A model generated the notes under the pieces. It was not told the origin of the DNA. It did not search any database and worked only from the letters and a program-made list of their open reading frames with translations. Positions 7,656 to 18,993 of a DNA stretch of 64,000 nucleotides are shown here, piece by piece. How positions within the stretch are numbered: position 1 is the stretch's first letter; each line of letters starts with the position of its first letter. Source of the DNA: Elusimicrobiota bacterium. Lineage in GTDB: Bacteria > Elusimicrobiota > Elusimicrobia > F11. The DNA lies in the NCBI GenBank assembly GCA_044221725.1, contig JBGAON010000004.1, positions 1-64,000 of the forward strand. Reading direction: 5' to 3'. Position numbers and translations under genes: made by a program.

Positions 7656-8309
7656 ATGGATGCCGTTATTCGCGCTTTCAAACCCGCCGATCGACCGATG
7701 ATTCGCAAAATTTTCAAGGACACCGCGTTTCATTCCGAGTCGTACAATCATTTCTTTGATGACGGTGAATGGCTCGCCGATATCATGACGTCCGGATACA
7801 CCGATTTCGAACCCGAATCGTCGTTCGTGGCCGAGCAAAACGGCGACATCATCGGTTACCTCACCGGAACCTTGGACACCGCGCGCTACGAACGGCGATG
7901 GGTGTTTCGGATTTTGCCGCGCGTCGCTCTCCGTTTTTTCTCCGGTGGCACGTGGATCAACGCACGCGCTTGGTCATTTTTTCTAAACGGTTTCAAAAGC
8001 GGTCTCAAACGAGAACAAAAGATCCCAAAGAATTTGGTGCGCGACTACCCCGCGCACTTTCACATCAATCTCTCCGCGCAAGCGCGCGGGGGCGGCGTGG
8101 GCACAAAACTGGCCGAGAGATTTTTCGCGCACATGAAAAGCCGCGACGTTTTGTCCGGCCATGTTCGCACGGCGACGAAAGAACCGCGTCAACGTTTTTT
8201 TGCATCGCTTGGGTTTCAACCGCTCATCACCAGCAAACTGACGCTGTGGAAATATTTGGATCCGACACCGTATTATCTGATTGTGTATGGATTCTCTTTA
8301 AAAAAATAA
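7656..8309 (+). CDS. GNAT-family acetyltransferase
   Basis: YPAHFHINL...ARGGGVG acetyl-CoA motif, FFASLGF; start 7647 or 7656. Confidence 0.85.
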   Translation: MDAVIRAFKPADRPMIRKIFKDTAFHSESYNHFFDDGEWLADIMTSGYTDFEPESSFVAEQNGDIIGYLTGTLDTARYERRWVFRILPRVALRFFSGGTWINARAWSFFLNGFKSGLKREQKIPKNLVRDYPAHFHINLSAQARGGGVGTKLAERFFAHMKSRDVLSGHVRTATKEPRQRFFASLGFQPLITSKLTLWKYLDPTPYYLIVYGFSLKK

Positions 8310-8340
8310 ACTCGACCACCGAATTCAAAGGAGGCCGCAC

Positions 8341-8826
8341 GTGACGAAGCCGCTCGTCGCCGTTATTATGGGCAGCACATCCGACTGGGAAACCATGCGC
8401 AACACCGTCGATGTGTTAAAAAAATTTCAGGTTCCACACGAAAAGCGCGTGGTGTCCGCGCACCGCACGCCGCGATTGCTCGCGGACTACGTTTCGAGCG
8501 CGGAACAGCGCGGCATTGAAATTATTATCGCCGGCGCCGGTGGCGCTGCGCATTTGCCGGGCATGGCCGCCGCGTACACATGCTTGCCGGTGTTGGGCGT
8601 GCCCGTAGAATCGAAGCGTTTAAAGGGTTTGGATTCGTTGCTGTCCATCGCGCAAATGCCGGCCGGTGTTCCGGTCGGAACATTGGCGATCGGCGCCGCC
8701 GGCGCCACAAACGCCGGCTACCTCGCGGTGAACATCCTTGCCACTCGTCGACCGGAATTTCGTTCGCGCATCAAAGCATTTCGAAAAATCCAAACCGCGA
8801 CGGTTCTTAAAGCCAAACTTCCGTGA
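8341..8826 (+). CDS. purE: N5-CAIR mutase
   Basis: [35 protein letters not shown]. Confidence 0.97.
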   Translation: MTKPLVAVIMGSTSDWETMRNTVDVLKKFQVPHEKRVVSAHRTPRLLADYVSSAEQRGIEIIIAGAGGAAHLPGMAAAYTCLPVLGVPVESKRLKGLDSLLSIAQMPAGVPVGTLAIGAAGATNAGYLAVNILATRRPEFRSRIKAFRKIQTATVLKAKLP

Positions 8827-9962
8827 AACCCACCATTATTGAACCCGGGGCCGTGATTGGCGTTCTCGGAAGCGGTCAACTTGGCCGCATGTTCGCGATC
8901 GCCGCACGGCAAATGGGATATCGCGTGCACACGTATTCTCCAGAAACTGACACACCCACCGGCCAAGTCGCCGACAAGGAATGGACCGCGCGTTACGATG
9001 ATCACGACAAACTGGCGGCGTTCGCAAAAGAGGTGGACGTGGTCACGTTTGAATTTGAAAACATTCCAGCCGATTCGGTAAATGTTGTGGGGCAATTTGC
9101 TCCGGTTCATCCGCGTGCGAGCGTGCTGCACGTGACGCAGCACCGCTTGCGCGAAAAAACATTTTTGTCGGAATACGGTTTTCCGGTCGCGCCTTTCCAA
9201 CGCGTGCGATCACGAACCGAACTGACAATGGCCGTCAATAAAATTGGCACGCCGGCCGTTCTTAAAACCGCTGGATTCGGTTACGACGGCAAAGGTCAGA
9301 AGAAAATCGGGTCGCTCGCAGAAGCGCAAGCGGCGCTCGAGGCATTTGGCGGTGCCGAAGCAATCCTTGAAGCGTTCGTTCCTTTTGAAAAAGAAGTGTC
9401 GGTCGTTGCCGCGCGCGGGCAGGACGGTTCGTTCGCTCATTTTGGTGTGATGGAGAACGATCACAAAAACCACATTCTCGACGTCACAATCGCGCCCGCC
9501 AGAGTCTCTGCGGTCATTCAGAAGAAAGCCGTTTCGCTTGCGAAAGAAATCCTGGACGCGCTTCAAATCGTGGGCGTTATGTGCGTGGAAATGTTTCTCA
9601 CAAAAGAGGGCGACATTTTGGTGAACGAACTTGCTCCGCGCCCACACAATTCCGGCCACATCACGATCGACGCGTTCGAAACAAGTCAGTTCGAGCAACA
9701 AGTGCGCGCCGTGTGCGGGCTGCCGCTGGCTTCAACGAAGCAGCTAAAGCCGGGCGCCATGGTGAATCTGTTGGGAAGCATTTGGAAGAAAGGCGAACCA
9801 AAATGGGAGAAAGCGCTGCGAAACCCCGAGGTTAAACTGCATTTGTACGGCAAGGCCGAACCGCGGGAAGGAAGAAAAATGGGCCACCTGACGGCGCTGG
9901 GGAGCACCGTCGAAGCGGCCCGGAAATCCGCGCTTAACGCGCGAACTCTTTTAACGCGTTAA
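8823..9962 (+). CDS. purK: N5-CAIR synthetase
   Basis: [32 protein letters not shown]...RKMGH. Confidence 0.97.
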   Translation: MKPTIIEPGAVIGVLGSGQLGRMFAIAARQMGYRVHTYSPETDTPTGQVADKEWTARYDDHDKLAAFAKEVDVVTFEFENIPADSVNVVGQFAPVHPRASVLHVTQHRLREKTFLSEYGFPVAPFQRVRSRTELTMAVNKIGTPAVLKTAGFGYDGKGQKKIGSLAEAQAALEAFGGAEAILEAFVPFEKEVSVVAARGQDGSFAHFGVMENDHKNHILDVTIAPARVSAVIQKKAVSLAKEILDALQIVGVMCVEMFLTKEGDILVNELAPRPHNSGHITIDAFETSQFEQQVRAVCGLPLASTKQLKPGAMVNLLGSIWKKGEPKWEKALRNPEVKLHLYGKAEPREGRKMGHLTALGSTVEAARKSALNARTLLTR

Positions 9963-10813
9963 ACTTTTCCAACCAACTCTTGCAAGCGCTTCACGCGCTC
10001 GGCTGTTGGCGGATGGGTGCTGAACAAGCTCGCAAAGCCTTGCGCGGAAAACGGATTGATAATGAACAGGTGCGCCGTCGCCGGCGAACCGGTTGTCATC
10101 GGAACAAATTGCTTCGTCGTTTCAATCTTTTGAAGCGCGCTCGCGAGCGCCAACGGGTTCCCGGTGTACCGCGCGCCCGACTCGTCCGCTCCGAACTCCC
10201 GCGAACGCGAGATGGCCAACTGGATCAGCATCGCGGCCAACGGCGCAAGCACGATGGCAACGAGCCCTATTAATGGATTTCCGCCCCGCTCGTCGTCGCG
10301 GTGACGTCCTCCGCCAAGCATCGAACCCCACATCGCCATATTTGCCAAATGGCTAAGCGCACCGGCCAACGTTGCCGCCACCGTGGAAATAAGCGTATCC
10401 CGATTCTTTACGTGACCAAGTTCGTGGGCAAGAACACCTTCTAATTCATCGCGATTAAGCATGCGAAGGATGCCGGCCGTTGCGGCCACGGCCGCGTGCT
10501 CGGGACTGCGTCCTGTGGCAAACGCGTTCGGCGTTTCTTGCGGAATAATATACACCTTGGGCATCGGCATTCCGATTTTCGTCGCGAGGTTCTGAACAAC
10601 GCTATAGAGATCGGGGGCGCTTGCCTCATCCACTTCCTGCGCGTTGTACATGCGCAACACAATCTTGTCCGAAAACCAGTAGGCACCGAAGTTCATGATC
10701 ACCGCAAACATGAACGCGAACACCATGCCCTGCTGCCCGCCGAGCGCTTGGCCCACCCACATAAAAAGCGCGGTCAATGCGGCCAATAAAATCAAAGTTT
10801 TGAGTCGTGACAT
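9959..10813 (-). CDS. htpX: Zinc metalloprotease HtpX
   Basis: [38 protein letters not shown] before ATG 10813. Confidence 0.95.
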   Translation of the reverse strand: MSRLKTLILLAALTALFMWVGQALGGQQGMVFAFMFAVIMNFGAYWFSDKIVLRMYNAQEVDEASAPDLYSVVQNLATKIGMPMPKVYIIPQETPNAFATGRSPEHAAVAATAGILRMLNRDELEGVLAHELGHVKNRDTLISTVAATLAGALSHLANMAMWGSMLGGGRHRDDERGGNPLIGLVAIVLAPLAAMLIQLAISRSREFGADESGARYTGNPLALASALQKIETTKQFVPMTTGSPATAHLFIINPFSAQGFASLFSTHPPTAERVKRLQELVGKV

Positions 10814-10856
10814 TATTTTCTCCTTCGTGACAATTAAAGCTCGTACGGTAAAACGT

Positions 10857-11789
10857 CTATTTTTCTTCGGGGTTCCAGAGGAGGGACGCAACAATCGAGA
10901 TGCCAAGGACGCCGGCCACAACGCCGAGCGCGATGCCCGTCGGGATCTTATAAAAGTGTGCCACAATCATTTTCACGCCAACAAAGGCCAGCACGACGGA
11001 CAAACCGTACCTCAAGAATCGGAACATTCCCATCACACCGGCGAGTGCGAAGTAGAGCGCCCGCAACCCAAGAATCGCGAACACGTTTGATGAAAAGACA
11101 ATGAACGAATCGGTGGATATCGCAAGAATTGCCGGAATTGAATCCACAGCAAAAACGACGTCGGTCGTTTCAACCACGAGCAGCACAATAAACAGCGTAG
11201 TAACCATCCAGCGTCGGTTCTCTTTCAGGAAAAACTTGCCGCGGTGCGGCTCGTGTGTGATCGGGAAAATCTTCGATGCTATCCGCAGGACCGGGTTTTT
11301 GCCCGGATCCATTTCTGTATCGCCCGAAAATGCCATTTTGATACCGGTATAGATCAGAAACACGCCAAACACGTAAACGGTCCACTCGAACCGCTGAATG
11401 AGTGCGACACCGGTCAAAATGAAGAATGCGCGCATGAGAAGCGCACCAATGATTCCCCAATAAAGGATCTTGTGCTGGTACATCGGTTCGATCTTGAAAT
11501 ACGAAAAGATCACAATGAACACGAATAGGTTATCAACGCTCAGCGATTTCTCGATCAGATAGCCCGCCAAAAACTCCATCGCTTTCTTTTTGCCTTCGAA
11601 GTAATAGAGACCGGCATTGAACAGCAGCGCGAGACCAATCCAAAAAAGCGACATAAGCATCGCTTCCTTAAATTTAACGGTGTGCGCGTTCCGATGGAAA
11701 ACAAACAGATCGAGCGTTAACAGAATGAATACGAGGACGATGAATCCGGCCCACATTCCGGGCCCGTTAACAAGGGCGGTTTGCGTCAT
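10857..11789 (-). CDS. TerC/Alx-family membrane protein
   Basis: [37 protein letters not shown]. Confidence 0.93.
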   Translation of the reverse strand: MTQTALVNGPGMWAGFIVLVFILLTLDLFVFHRNAHTVKFKEAMLMSLFWIGLALLFNAGLYYFEGKKKAMEFLAGYLIEKSLSVDNLFVFIVIFSYFKIEPMYQHKILYWGIIGALLMRAFFILTGVALIQRFEWTVYVFGVFLIYTGIKMAFSGDTEMDPGKNPVLRIASKIFPITHEPHRGKFFLKENRRWMVTTLFIVLLVVETTDVVFAVDSIPAILAISTDSFIVFSSNVFAILGLRALYFALAGVMGMFRFLRYGLSVVLAFVGVKMIVAHFYKIPTGIALGVVAGVLGISIVASLLWNPEEK

Positions 11790-12853
11790 GATCCGTAGGT
11801 TTCCTGAAAGATCCGAATAAAGGTGAGCACACAAGCAACTACGATGGGACCGAGCAAAAGTCCCACGGGTCCGTACAATTTAATTCCGCCCAAAATACTG
11901 ACAAAAACGAGAACAAATGGCATTCGCGCGCGCGACCCAATCAACATGGGTTTCAACAAATTATCGAGCCACCCTACGAGAACGGCGCCCCAAATCAATA
12001 AAAACACGCCAACGGTCATGTTATCCATCATTGTGAACAGTGCGACCGGTATGCAAATAAGGAAGGACGCTCCGAGCAAAGAAACCAATGCCACGCCAAT
12101 TCCAAGCAACACGGGCATGCGCGTGCCGGCGATGAGGAAGCCAATAAATGCAACGACCCCTTGTGCGGCCGCAGTCAAAAAGACGCCGATGGTCACGGCC
12201 CAAAAAGTTTCGTATGCGGTGCGCGCGACCGCCTGCTTATGCGTTTTCTCCATCGGAATAAGACCAATCACCCACGTGAGCAATTTTTCGCCATCGCGAA
12301 ACATAAAGAAGAGCGCCACAACCAGGATCAGCACTTTGATCAGCATCAGGATTGCGTTGCGCGCGACAAACGCGCCGATTGCTGAAATGCGCAGCGCCAA
12401 TTCACGCGCGTTATCGAGCACCAACGCTTTTAAGTCGATGTTTGCGCTGCCGAGAAAGTTGGACGTGCGATCAATCGCCGGCATAAGCGATACCGGTATC
12501 TTGTCTCGATACACATCAAGGTTTCCGTTTTGCATTTGGGAGAGCACGTTCTGTGCCACCGGGATTAGATCAGCGGATTCGCGTATCAATGTCCAAATCG
12601 CCAGCACGAGCGGTAACACACCGGCCAAAATAATGGCAAACGTTAACAAAAGGGCGGAGAGCGCCGGCTTTTTCAAGCGCCGCTCAACGCGCCGATACAC
12701 CGGGTGGAACATAATCGCGAGGATCGAAGCAACGAGCACCGAGGGCAGAAACGGCTGCGCCATAAGAAATGCTTGGGTTAACAAGAACGCGAACGCCGCA
12801 AAAAAGAAAATACGGACCACGAGTTCGCGGTCGATCGTAAAACGTTGAGACAT
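11786..12853 (-). CDS. AI-2E (UPF0118) family transporter
   Basis: FFMFRDG, DNLLKPMLIG, GGIKLYGPVGLLLGP. Confidence 0.9.
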   Translation of the reverse strand: MSQRFTIDRELVVRIFFFAAFAFLLTQAFLMAQPFLPSVLVASILAIMFHPVYRRVERRLKKPALSALLLTFAIILAGVLPLVLAIWTLIRESADLIPVAQNVLSQMQNGNLDVYRDKIPVSLMPAIDRTSNFLGSANIDLKALVLDNARELALRISAIGAFVARNAILMLIKVLILVVALFFMFRDGEKLLTWVIGLIPMEKTHKQAVARTAYETFWAVTIGVFLTAAAQGVVAFIGFLIAGTRMPVLLGIGVALVSLLGASFLICIPVALFTMMDNMTVGVFLLIWGAVLVGWLDNLLKPMLIGSRARMPFVLVFVSILGGIKLYGPVGLLLGPIVVACVLTFIRIFQETYGS

Positions 12854-12890
12854 AAAATGATTGTAGTTTTTCCGGTGTTATAATCCCACA

Positions 12891-13754
12891 ATGACGGACC
12901 ATCCGAGCAGACAAAAGCTGTTGCTTCGATCGTTGGCGATCGCCGGCGGACTCACCGCGTTCAAACTCGGTGTTTTCGCCATGACAAACGCCGTGGCCAT
13001 TCTCGCGAGCGCGGCGGATTCGTTTATGGACTTGTTAATTTCGCTCGCGAATTTCTTTTTGCTGCGCTCGGCGTCCCGCCCAGCCGACCACAACCATCCC
13101 TATGGGCACGGAAAATTTGAAAGCCTGGCCGGTCTTCTTCAAAGTCTCATTATTGGTGGCGCGGCCGTCGGCATCGCTTCCATGGCCATTCACCGGCTTA
13201 TTGCGCCGGAACCCATCATGCAACCGAACGTTGGCATTGCGATTACGGTTGTGGCACTTTTGCTCAACATCTGGCACAGCCGCAATCTCCGTCGATCAAT
13301 GCTCGCGAGCCGCTCGCAAATTATTGCCACCGAGTATTTGCATTACGCGTCCGACACATTGGTGTATCTCGGCGTGCTGGTTTCATTGGTATTGACCGAA
13401 ATAACCGGCATGAAACTTTGGGACTCCGTCATCTCTCTTTTCATTGTTGGCTATCTCATGAAAGCGGTGGTAGCGCTTTTTATGGAAAATCTCTCGGAAT
13501 TGCTTGATGAGCAATTGCCAGACGAAACGTTAAAGGAAATTGACAGCACGATCCGGACATTCGATCCACGGGTCGTCAGTTATCACGATCTTCGCACGCG
13601 GAAAGTGGGCCCCACCAAGTTCATCGAATTTCATGTGGTGCTGCGCAGTGTCGAAACATTCCGCGAAGCGCACGGCCTCACGATTGGACTCATGGACGCT
13701 TTCCAGCAAAAGTATCCTGGTGCCATTGTGACGGTGCACGCCGACCCGGAATAA
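12891..13754 (+). CDS. Cation diffusion facilitator (FieF-like)
   Basis: ASAADSFMD, PADHNHPYGHGKFE, HYASD, HDLRTR, VHADP. Confidence 0.93.
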   Translation: MTDHPSRQKLLLRSLAIAGGLTAFKLGVFAMTNAVAILASAADSFMDLLISLANFFLLRSASRPADHNHPYGHGKFESLAGLLQSLIIGGAAVGIASMAIHRLIAPEPIMQPNVGIAITVVALLLNIWHSRNLRRSMLASRSQIIATEYLHYASDTLVYLGVLVSLVLTEITGMKLWDSVISLFIVGYLMKAVVALFMENLSELLDEQLPDETLKEIDSTIRTFDPRVVSYHDLRTRKVGPTKFIEFHVVLRSVETFREAHGLTIGLMDAFQQKYPGAIVTVHADPE

Positions 13755-13756
13755 TG

Positions 13757-14929
13757 TTACACGCGGTTCTTCTTTAGATCGTCGAGAGAATAGAATGTCC
13801 CACGCCAATCAATGCCGCCATTGATCAGCGTGCGCAGCGTGGCTTTCCACAAAATATAAAGGAACATCAGGCACGCCAGTGGGTAACCAAGGCCAAACGC
13901 CCAGCCGATTCGTTGCGCGTGCGCCGAAAACGCGCAGACAAGAAGAATCAAGAGGGCGCTGGCGAGATACATCCACTTTGCGGGCCCCGCCACGATAAAC
14001 ACGGCCGCAAACGGCCACACCGAAAACACGAGCTGCGCAACACTGGCAGCAACAACCGCTAGCAAATTGTACTCGACGCCCGAGAATGCGTTTTTCATCA
14101 AGCCTTCGACGAGCGCGCGCACCGACGCGTACCATTCGACAAAAATCATATCGGTGCCGAGCAGAAAGTCCTGATGCAACCCGTGTTTCTTAACGAGTTT
14201 GCCGAGTTTCATATCGTCGTCGGGCCGCATGGCGATGGCCTTGTGCGTGCCGATCTTTTCGTAGGCGGAGCGGCGGATGAGATTGAACGCGCCGATACCG
14301 ATGTGCGCGCTGCTTTTTGGATCCTTTGCTCGCCATGGCCGCGCGTAAATATTAAAGAACACAGCGAACCCCGCCATAAAAAGATTGAGCCAGAAACCCG
14401 GCATGACGGCCTTTGGGCCAATGGCCAAATGGTCGACATTATTTTCCAGCATAAACGGAACCGCGCGGCGCAAAACATCTCTGTCCATTACGATGTCGGC
14501 ATCAGTAAACAGAATGAAGTCATTCGTCGCCCCCGCGCAGGCGGGAAGGACGGCTTGCATCGCCCCACAATACTGGGCGAAATTCTTTCCGAGCCAACCT
14601 TCCGGTAACCCCGTGATGGTCGTCACGTTCAACTCCGGGTGAATCGTCTTTAGTTTCTCAAGCACCTCACCAGTCCCATCGGTCGATCGATCGTTCACCA
14701 CGATTATTTTCTTGTTCGGATAGTTGAGATTGAGAAGCGAGGTTAATCCCTCAGCAATGTTCTTCTCTTCGTTCCGCGCGGCGACCACAATCGAAACGGG
14801 CGGCAAATCGGACGAAGAGTCGACCCGCGCGTCGTGTAGCCATTCAACCGTTTTGTAACCGATCAGCCCATCAATGGTGATCGCCAACACAACGAAAAGC
14901 GTAACTGGCGCAAGAATTGTCAAAAACAT
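13757..14929 (-). CDS. GT2-family glycosyltransferase
   Basis: SIVVAARNEE, VNDRSTDGT, GWLGKN, FTDAD, DDMKLG, IDWRG. Confidence 0.9.
   Translation of the reverse strand: MFLTILAPVTLFVVLAITIDGLIGYKTVEWLHDARVDSSSDLPPVSIVVAARNEEKNIAEGLTSLLNLNYPNKKIIVVNDRSTDGTGEVLEKLKTIHPELNVTTITGLPEGWLGKNFAQYCGAMQAVLPACAGATNDFILFTDADIVMDRDVLRRAVPFMLENNVDHLAIGPKAVMPGFWLNLFMAGFAVFFNIYARPWRAKDPKSSAHIGIGAFNLIRRSAYEKIGTHKAIAMRPDDDMKLGKLVKKHGLHQDFLLGTDMIFVEWYASVRALVEGLMKNAFSGVEYNLLAVVAASVAQLVFSVWPFAAVFIVAGPAKWMYLASALLILLVCAFSAHAQRIGWAFGLGYPLACLMFLYILWKATLRTLINGGIDWRGTFYSLDDLKKNRV
14526..14551. repeat. REP-like palindrome inside the GT2 coding sequence
   Basis: GTCGCCCCCGCGCAGGCGGGAAGGAC: CCCGC-N4-GCGGG stem with GTC...GAC ends. 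Confidence 0.5.
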
Positions 14930-14941
14930 AGATTGCATTGT

Positions 14942-16132
14942 ATGAACAAAGGCTTTCGCCGATGGTTAAGTTCGCGGTTTTTTTCGAATCTCGGCAAACA
15001 AATCCAAGTGACGGTCATTGCGTGGCAGATTTATAAGTTGACGGGCAATCCGTTGGCGTTGGGACTTATTGGCCTTTCCGAAGCAATACCGTTTATCGGA
15101 ATCGCGTTGTGGGCCGGTCATATGGTCGATCACGGAGAGAAACGGTCGTTCATTATGGGCGCTCAAGTAGGACTTTTGTTGGGCGCGCTGGCACTTCTTT
15201 CGTTTACGTTTCTGCCGAAACCACCGCTCTTTCTTTTTTATCTTGCCACCGCATGGTACGGGTTCTGCTCAAGCTTCGAAAATATTTCCACGAACGCGTA
15301 CGCCCAACTTCTAATTTCAAAGGAAAGCTACCCGAAAGCCATGGGGTGGAATCTCGGATTTTTTCAGACGACCGTGATCGCTGGCCCGCCAATTGCCGGT
15401 TGGCTTCTGACGCGCCTTGACCCACGCCCGATCTACGGAATCGTGGCCTTGCTGTTGGCCACTTCCATCGCCTGCGCGTCACTGCTCTCGCCGATACGTA
15501 CACATAATAAAGAGGAAGGCGAGCTCGAGTCGGGCCTGGGCCGCGTCAAGAACGGGCTTAAATTTATTTGGACGCAACCGCGAATACTTTCCGCAATGTC
15601 GCTTGATATGGTTGCCGTATTGTTTGGCGATGTGGTGGCGCTTTATCCGTTTTTCGCGGTGAAGCTCGGTGCCGGATCAATTGGTTTTGGATTTCTGAAG
15701 GCGGCCACCGGCATTGGGTCGGGCCTGGTCTCGGCGGTGCAAGCCGTGCGGCCGTTTGTGCGCCGCTCATGGACAGCGCTTCGTGCGGTCGTGTTTGTGT
15801 TCGGGTTGTGCATTGTGTGCTTTTCCCTGTCACCGAACATTTACCTGGCCGTCTTGTTTCTTATGATGGGCGGCGCCGCCGACGGCGTGAGCGTGATTAT
15901 TCGGCAAACGACCTATCAAGCGCTCACGCCGGATCATTTGCGCGGACGCGTAGCGGCCGTGAGCAGTATGTTCATTTGGACATCGAATGAAATCGGAGCT
16001 TTTGAATCGGGCTTGTTGGCGCGTTTCGCCGGCGTGGTGCCCTCCGCCGTGATCGGCGGATTTATTTGTATGGCCAGCGTGTTTGTGATGACAAAAGCTT
16101 TCCAAGGAAAAATAAATGAAAACGTTGCTTAA
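14942..16132 (+). CDS. MFS transporter (EntS/MFS_3-like)
   Basis: About 12 TM helices; LDMVAVLFG, TPDHLRGRV, SNEIGAFESG. Confidence 0.9.
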   Translation: MNKGFRRWLSSRFFSNLGKQIQVTVIAWQIYKLTGNPLALGLIGLSEAIPFIGIALWAGHMVDHGEKRSFIMGAQVGLLLGALALLSFTFLPKPPLFLFYLATAWYGFCSSFENISTNAYAQLLISKESYPKAMGWNLGFFQTTVIAGPPIAGWLLTRLDPRPIYGIVALLLATSIACASLLSPIRTHNKEEGELESGLGRVKNGLKFIWTQPRILSAMSLDMVAVLFGDVVALYPFFAVKLGAGSIGFGFLKAATGIGSGLVSAVQAVRPFVRRSWTALRAVVFVFGLCIVCFSLSPNIYLAVLFLMMGGAADGVSVIIRQTTYQALTPDHLRGRVAAVSSMFIWTSNEIGAFESGLLARFAGVVPSAVIGGFICMASVFVMTKAFQGKINENVA

Positions 16133-18317
16133 GATTTTTGGTGTCGTGGTTTTGATTGTCGTGCTTGTGATCGGGGCCGTAGCGATCGCCGTCCACTACT
16201 ACGTGACGCCGGAACGGCTGAAACCACTAATTGAGAACCATGTGCGCAGCAATTTGCACCGCGAAATTAAATTGGGCGATATTTCGGTTGGAGTTTTTTC
16301 CGGGCTTGCCATCACGAACGTCGCGCTATCGGAAAATCCGGATTTTTCCCGCGGCACGTTCGTGTCCGCCGATAAAATTGTTGTGCAACCGCAACTGTTG
16401 CCGCTGCTTCAAAAGAAAATTTTCGTTCGAAACGTGGCGCTCACGAAACCCAACATTCGTGTTGTCCGGTTTCCCGATGGCAAAACATTCAACTTCTCAA
16501 GCCTTGTCTCTTCATCGGGCCGCAGCGAACTGCCGCAACCCTCGGCTGGGAAAACGCCCTCGCCCTATTTGTTTCTCGTTTCAAAAGCCGTTGTGGAAAA
16601 TGGTCGCGTGATATTTGAAGATCAATCCCCGGCGGCCCAAAGCGCGGATGTCAGCGCGCTTAATCTCAGCGTAAAAAATATCACGCTCACGTCGCCGATC
16701 GAAGCACAAACCGATTTTCGACTGAAGACGAGAGGCATCGACGCGAACATTGGTTTCATGGGAAAAGTGAATCCGTTCGTGGGTTCCGCGGCAATGAAAC
16801 AACTGACGGTCAGAAGCGGTGGTTCTTCCATCATCGCTCACGGCGACGTGAAAGACGCCACATCCGACAATCCAGCGTTTGATCTGAAAATCAAAATTGA
16901 AAAGCTGGATCCGGCTCTGCTGCGTTCGCTTGGTGCGTTGCCCACGAGCGTCGCCTTAAAAGATCCAATCACCGGAGACATAGCTGTGAAAGGAACCACC
17001 ACAAACGTGGACACGACCTTCGTGCTCGGCCTGGCCGCGTTGCGCGTGGCCGGACAAGGCACGATCAAAAATGCGACAAGCCCCAACCGCCAAATGAAAT
17101 TGTCGGTCAACACGAACGACGCGCCCTCGGCCGCACTGCTGGCGCTCGCACCAAAAGACACACTACCGGCCGATTTGAAATTGGGCGGACAATGCAACAT
17201 TGGGGCGGATATCGACGGCACATCTAGCAAAGGCACAATGACCGTCCAAGTGGACGGCAAAGCATTGGACGTCGCCTACGGAACGAATTTCAAAAAGCCG
17301 GCGGGCACACCGTTTAAGTTGATCGCGTCCGGTGTTTACGCGTTGCCGCTCGATCTAAATTTCAAACGCATAGAGATCGTGCTGAACCAAATGCTGGCCA
17401 CCGGTTACGGCACGCTGAAGTCGGTAAAAGATCGGACCGATTATCAATTCACTTTCCGAGCGGATTCGTTTGCTCTCGAAGGCGTAGCGCCGCTTGTTCC
17501 GCCGATAGCGGAGTACAATTTGGCCGGGAGATCCACCGTCACGATGAACGTAAAGAGCGCACCGAAAGGCCCCGATGTGAAAGGGAACGCACAGATCGCA
17601 GGCGGGTCGGCCATGTATTCGGGTTTAAAGATTTCGAATATCGCATCGACGATCGATTTTACGGTGCAAGACGTGGCCGGCAAATTAACCGCGGACCAAA
17701 TTACGCACACGTACATGACTGGTCAAAAGCTCATGTTGAGTTGGAATCTAAAAGATGCCACCGATCTCGCTAAAATTGCCGGCACTGCGAACCTACGGCT
17801 CGGTCCCGGAGAAATTCAGAATATCCAAAAACTCACGGCCGATGTGAAAGCGGCGCGCGTGTTGTTTTATCCAATAACGATGATTCAAAAACTGAGCAAC
17901 TCGGCAGGCAATACCGTGAAGCTCCCAGCGTTCGACCGTATTTCCTACAAAACGATGCAGGGCGATTACGCGTTCAAGAACGGCACGATGAACGTGTCGC
18001 GGTTCGACCTCGATTCGACCGAACTAAACGCAAACATGAAAGGCACGATTGGCCTGACTGGCCAGCAACCGCTTAATCTCGTGAGCATTTTGAAACTGCC
18101 GGCGAACGCCATCGGCGGAACGATCGGCGACTTGCTTAACGACGAGCAAGGCCGCGCAACACTTAAGCTGCTGACCACCGGAACCGTGGCGGCCCCCGAC
18201 ACGAAGCCCGATCTAAGCGACGCCAGCAAGAAGGCGATCAACGCGGTCAAAGAAAAATACGGTGACCAAATAATGGAACAGGGCCAAAAACTCTTGAAGG
18301 GCCTGTTCAATCGCTAA
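16116..18317 (+). CDS. AsmA-family protein
   Basis: N-terminal TM anchor, LHREIKLGDI...LLPLL...FNFSSL AsmA pattern, beta-rich body. Confidence 0.8.
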   Translation: MKTLLKIFGVVVLIVVLVIGAVAIAVHYYVTPERLKPLIENHVRSNLHREIKLGDISVGVFSGLAITNVALSENPDFSRGTFVSADKIVVQPQLLPLLQKKIFVRNVALTKPNIRVVRFPDGKTFNFSSLVSSSGRSELPQPSAGKTPSPYLFLVSKAVVENGRVIFEDQSPAAQSADVSALNLSVKNITLTSPIEAQTDFRLKTRGIDANIGFMGKVNPFVGSAAMKQLTVRSGGSSIIAHGDVKDATSDNPAFDLKIKIEKLDPALLRSLGALPTSVALKDPITGDIAVKGTTTNVDTTFVLGLAALRVAGQGTIKNATSPNRQMKLSVNTNDAPSAALLALAPKDTLPADLKLGGQCNIGADIDGTSSKGTMTVQVDGKALDVAYGTNFKKPAGTPFKLIASGVYALPLDLNFKRIEIVLNQMLATGYGTLKSVKDRTDYQFTFRADSFALEGVAPLVPPIAEYNLAGRSTVTMNVKSAPKGPDVKGNAQIAGGSAMYSGLKISNIASTIDFTVQDVAGKLTADQITHTYMTGQKLMLSWNLKDATDLAKIAGTANLRLGPGEIQNIQKLTADVKAARVLFYPITMIQKLSNSAGNTVKLPAFDRISYKTMQGDYAFKNGTMNVSRFDLDSTELNANMKGTIGLTGQQPLNLVSILKLPANAIGGTIGDLLNDEQGRATLKLLTTGTVAAPDTKPDLSDASKKAINAVKEKYGDQIMEQGQKLLKGLFNR

Positions 18318-18364
18318 TTCGAAAAGGTATAAAGATTTCCCATATATAAATAGGAGGAAGCATC

Positions 18365-18868
18365 ATGGCTCGCGTCACATTCAAAGGTAACCCCATCAAT
18401 ACGGCTGGCAACTTGCCATCCGTCGGCTCAAAAGCACCGGATTTCAAACTCACGAAGACCGATTTGTCGGACATTTCGCTGAAAGACGTTTCTGGGAAGA
18501 AAGTTGTGCTGAACATTTTCCCAAGCATTGATACGCCGGTGTGTCAGGCATCCACGCGGAAATTCAACGAAGAACTGAACAAATTGCAGAACACCATCGT
18601 TATTTGCGTTTCGAAAGATTTGCCGTTCGCATTGAACCGATTCTGCGGCGCCGAAGGTCTCAAGAATGTTGTCCCAGCATCGGAGCTTCGGAACACCGCG
18701 TTCGGCGACGCCTATGGCGTGAAAATCGCGGAAGGCGCGCTTGCTGGACTCTTTTCTCGTGCGGTTGTCGTTCTCGATGAGAAAGGCAACGTGACGTACA
18801 CCGAACAAGTGCCGGAAATTGGCCAAGAACCAAACTATCAGGCGGCCATTGCAGCATTGAAAAACTAA
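18365..18868 (+). CDS. tpx: Thiol peroxidase
   Basis: [29 protein letters not shown]. Confidence 0.96.
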   Translation: MARVTFKGNPINTAGNLPSVGSKAPDFKLTKTDLSDISLKDVSGKKVVLNIFPSIDTPVCQASTRKFNEELNKLQNTIVICVSKDLPFALNRFCGAEGLKNVVPASELRNTAFGDAYGVKIAEGALAGLFSRAVVVLDEKGNVTYTEQVPEIGQEPNYQAAIAALKN

Positions 18869-18876
18869 CCCAAGTC

Positions 18877-18940
18877 GTCACCCTGGAATGTCTCTATCCA
18901 GGGTCCACTTGGATCCTGGCTAACGACATGCCAGGATGAC
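18877..18940. repeat. REP-like double-hairpin element, copy 1
   Basis: ACCCTGGA...TCCAGGGT and ATCCTGGC...GCCAGGAT hairpins, GTC...GAC ends; near-identical copy at 62060. Confidence 0.85.
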
Positions 18941-18947
18941 GTATTTT

Positions 18948-18992
18948 ACGGCACGGCTCTTCCTCAGGGGGAAAGGAGCCGTGCCGTTTTTA
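18948..18992. terminator. Intrinsic terminator between convergent genes
   Basis: ACGGCACGGCTC / GAGCCGTGCCGT 12-bp stem followed by a T tract. Confidence 0.8.
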
Positions 18993-18993
18993 T

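Noticed and set aside
11790..11900. yybP-ykoY riboswitch expected upstream of the terC/alx gene
   Set aside because: The gene start overlaps the upstream stop (ATGA); there is no leader space.
11823..12848. 341-aa + strand ORF, and similar long shadow ORFs (e.g. 20622-21734, 51073-52065, 56471-57196)
   Set aside because: Antisense to well-supported genes; no motifs of their own.
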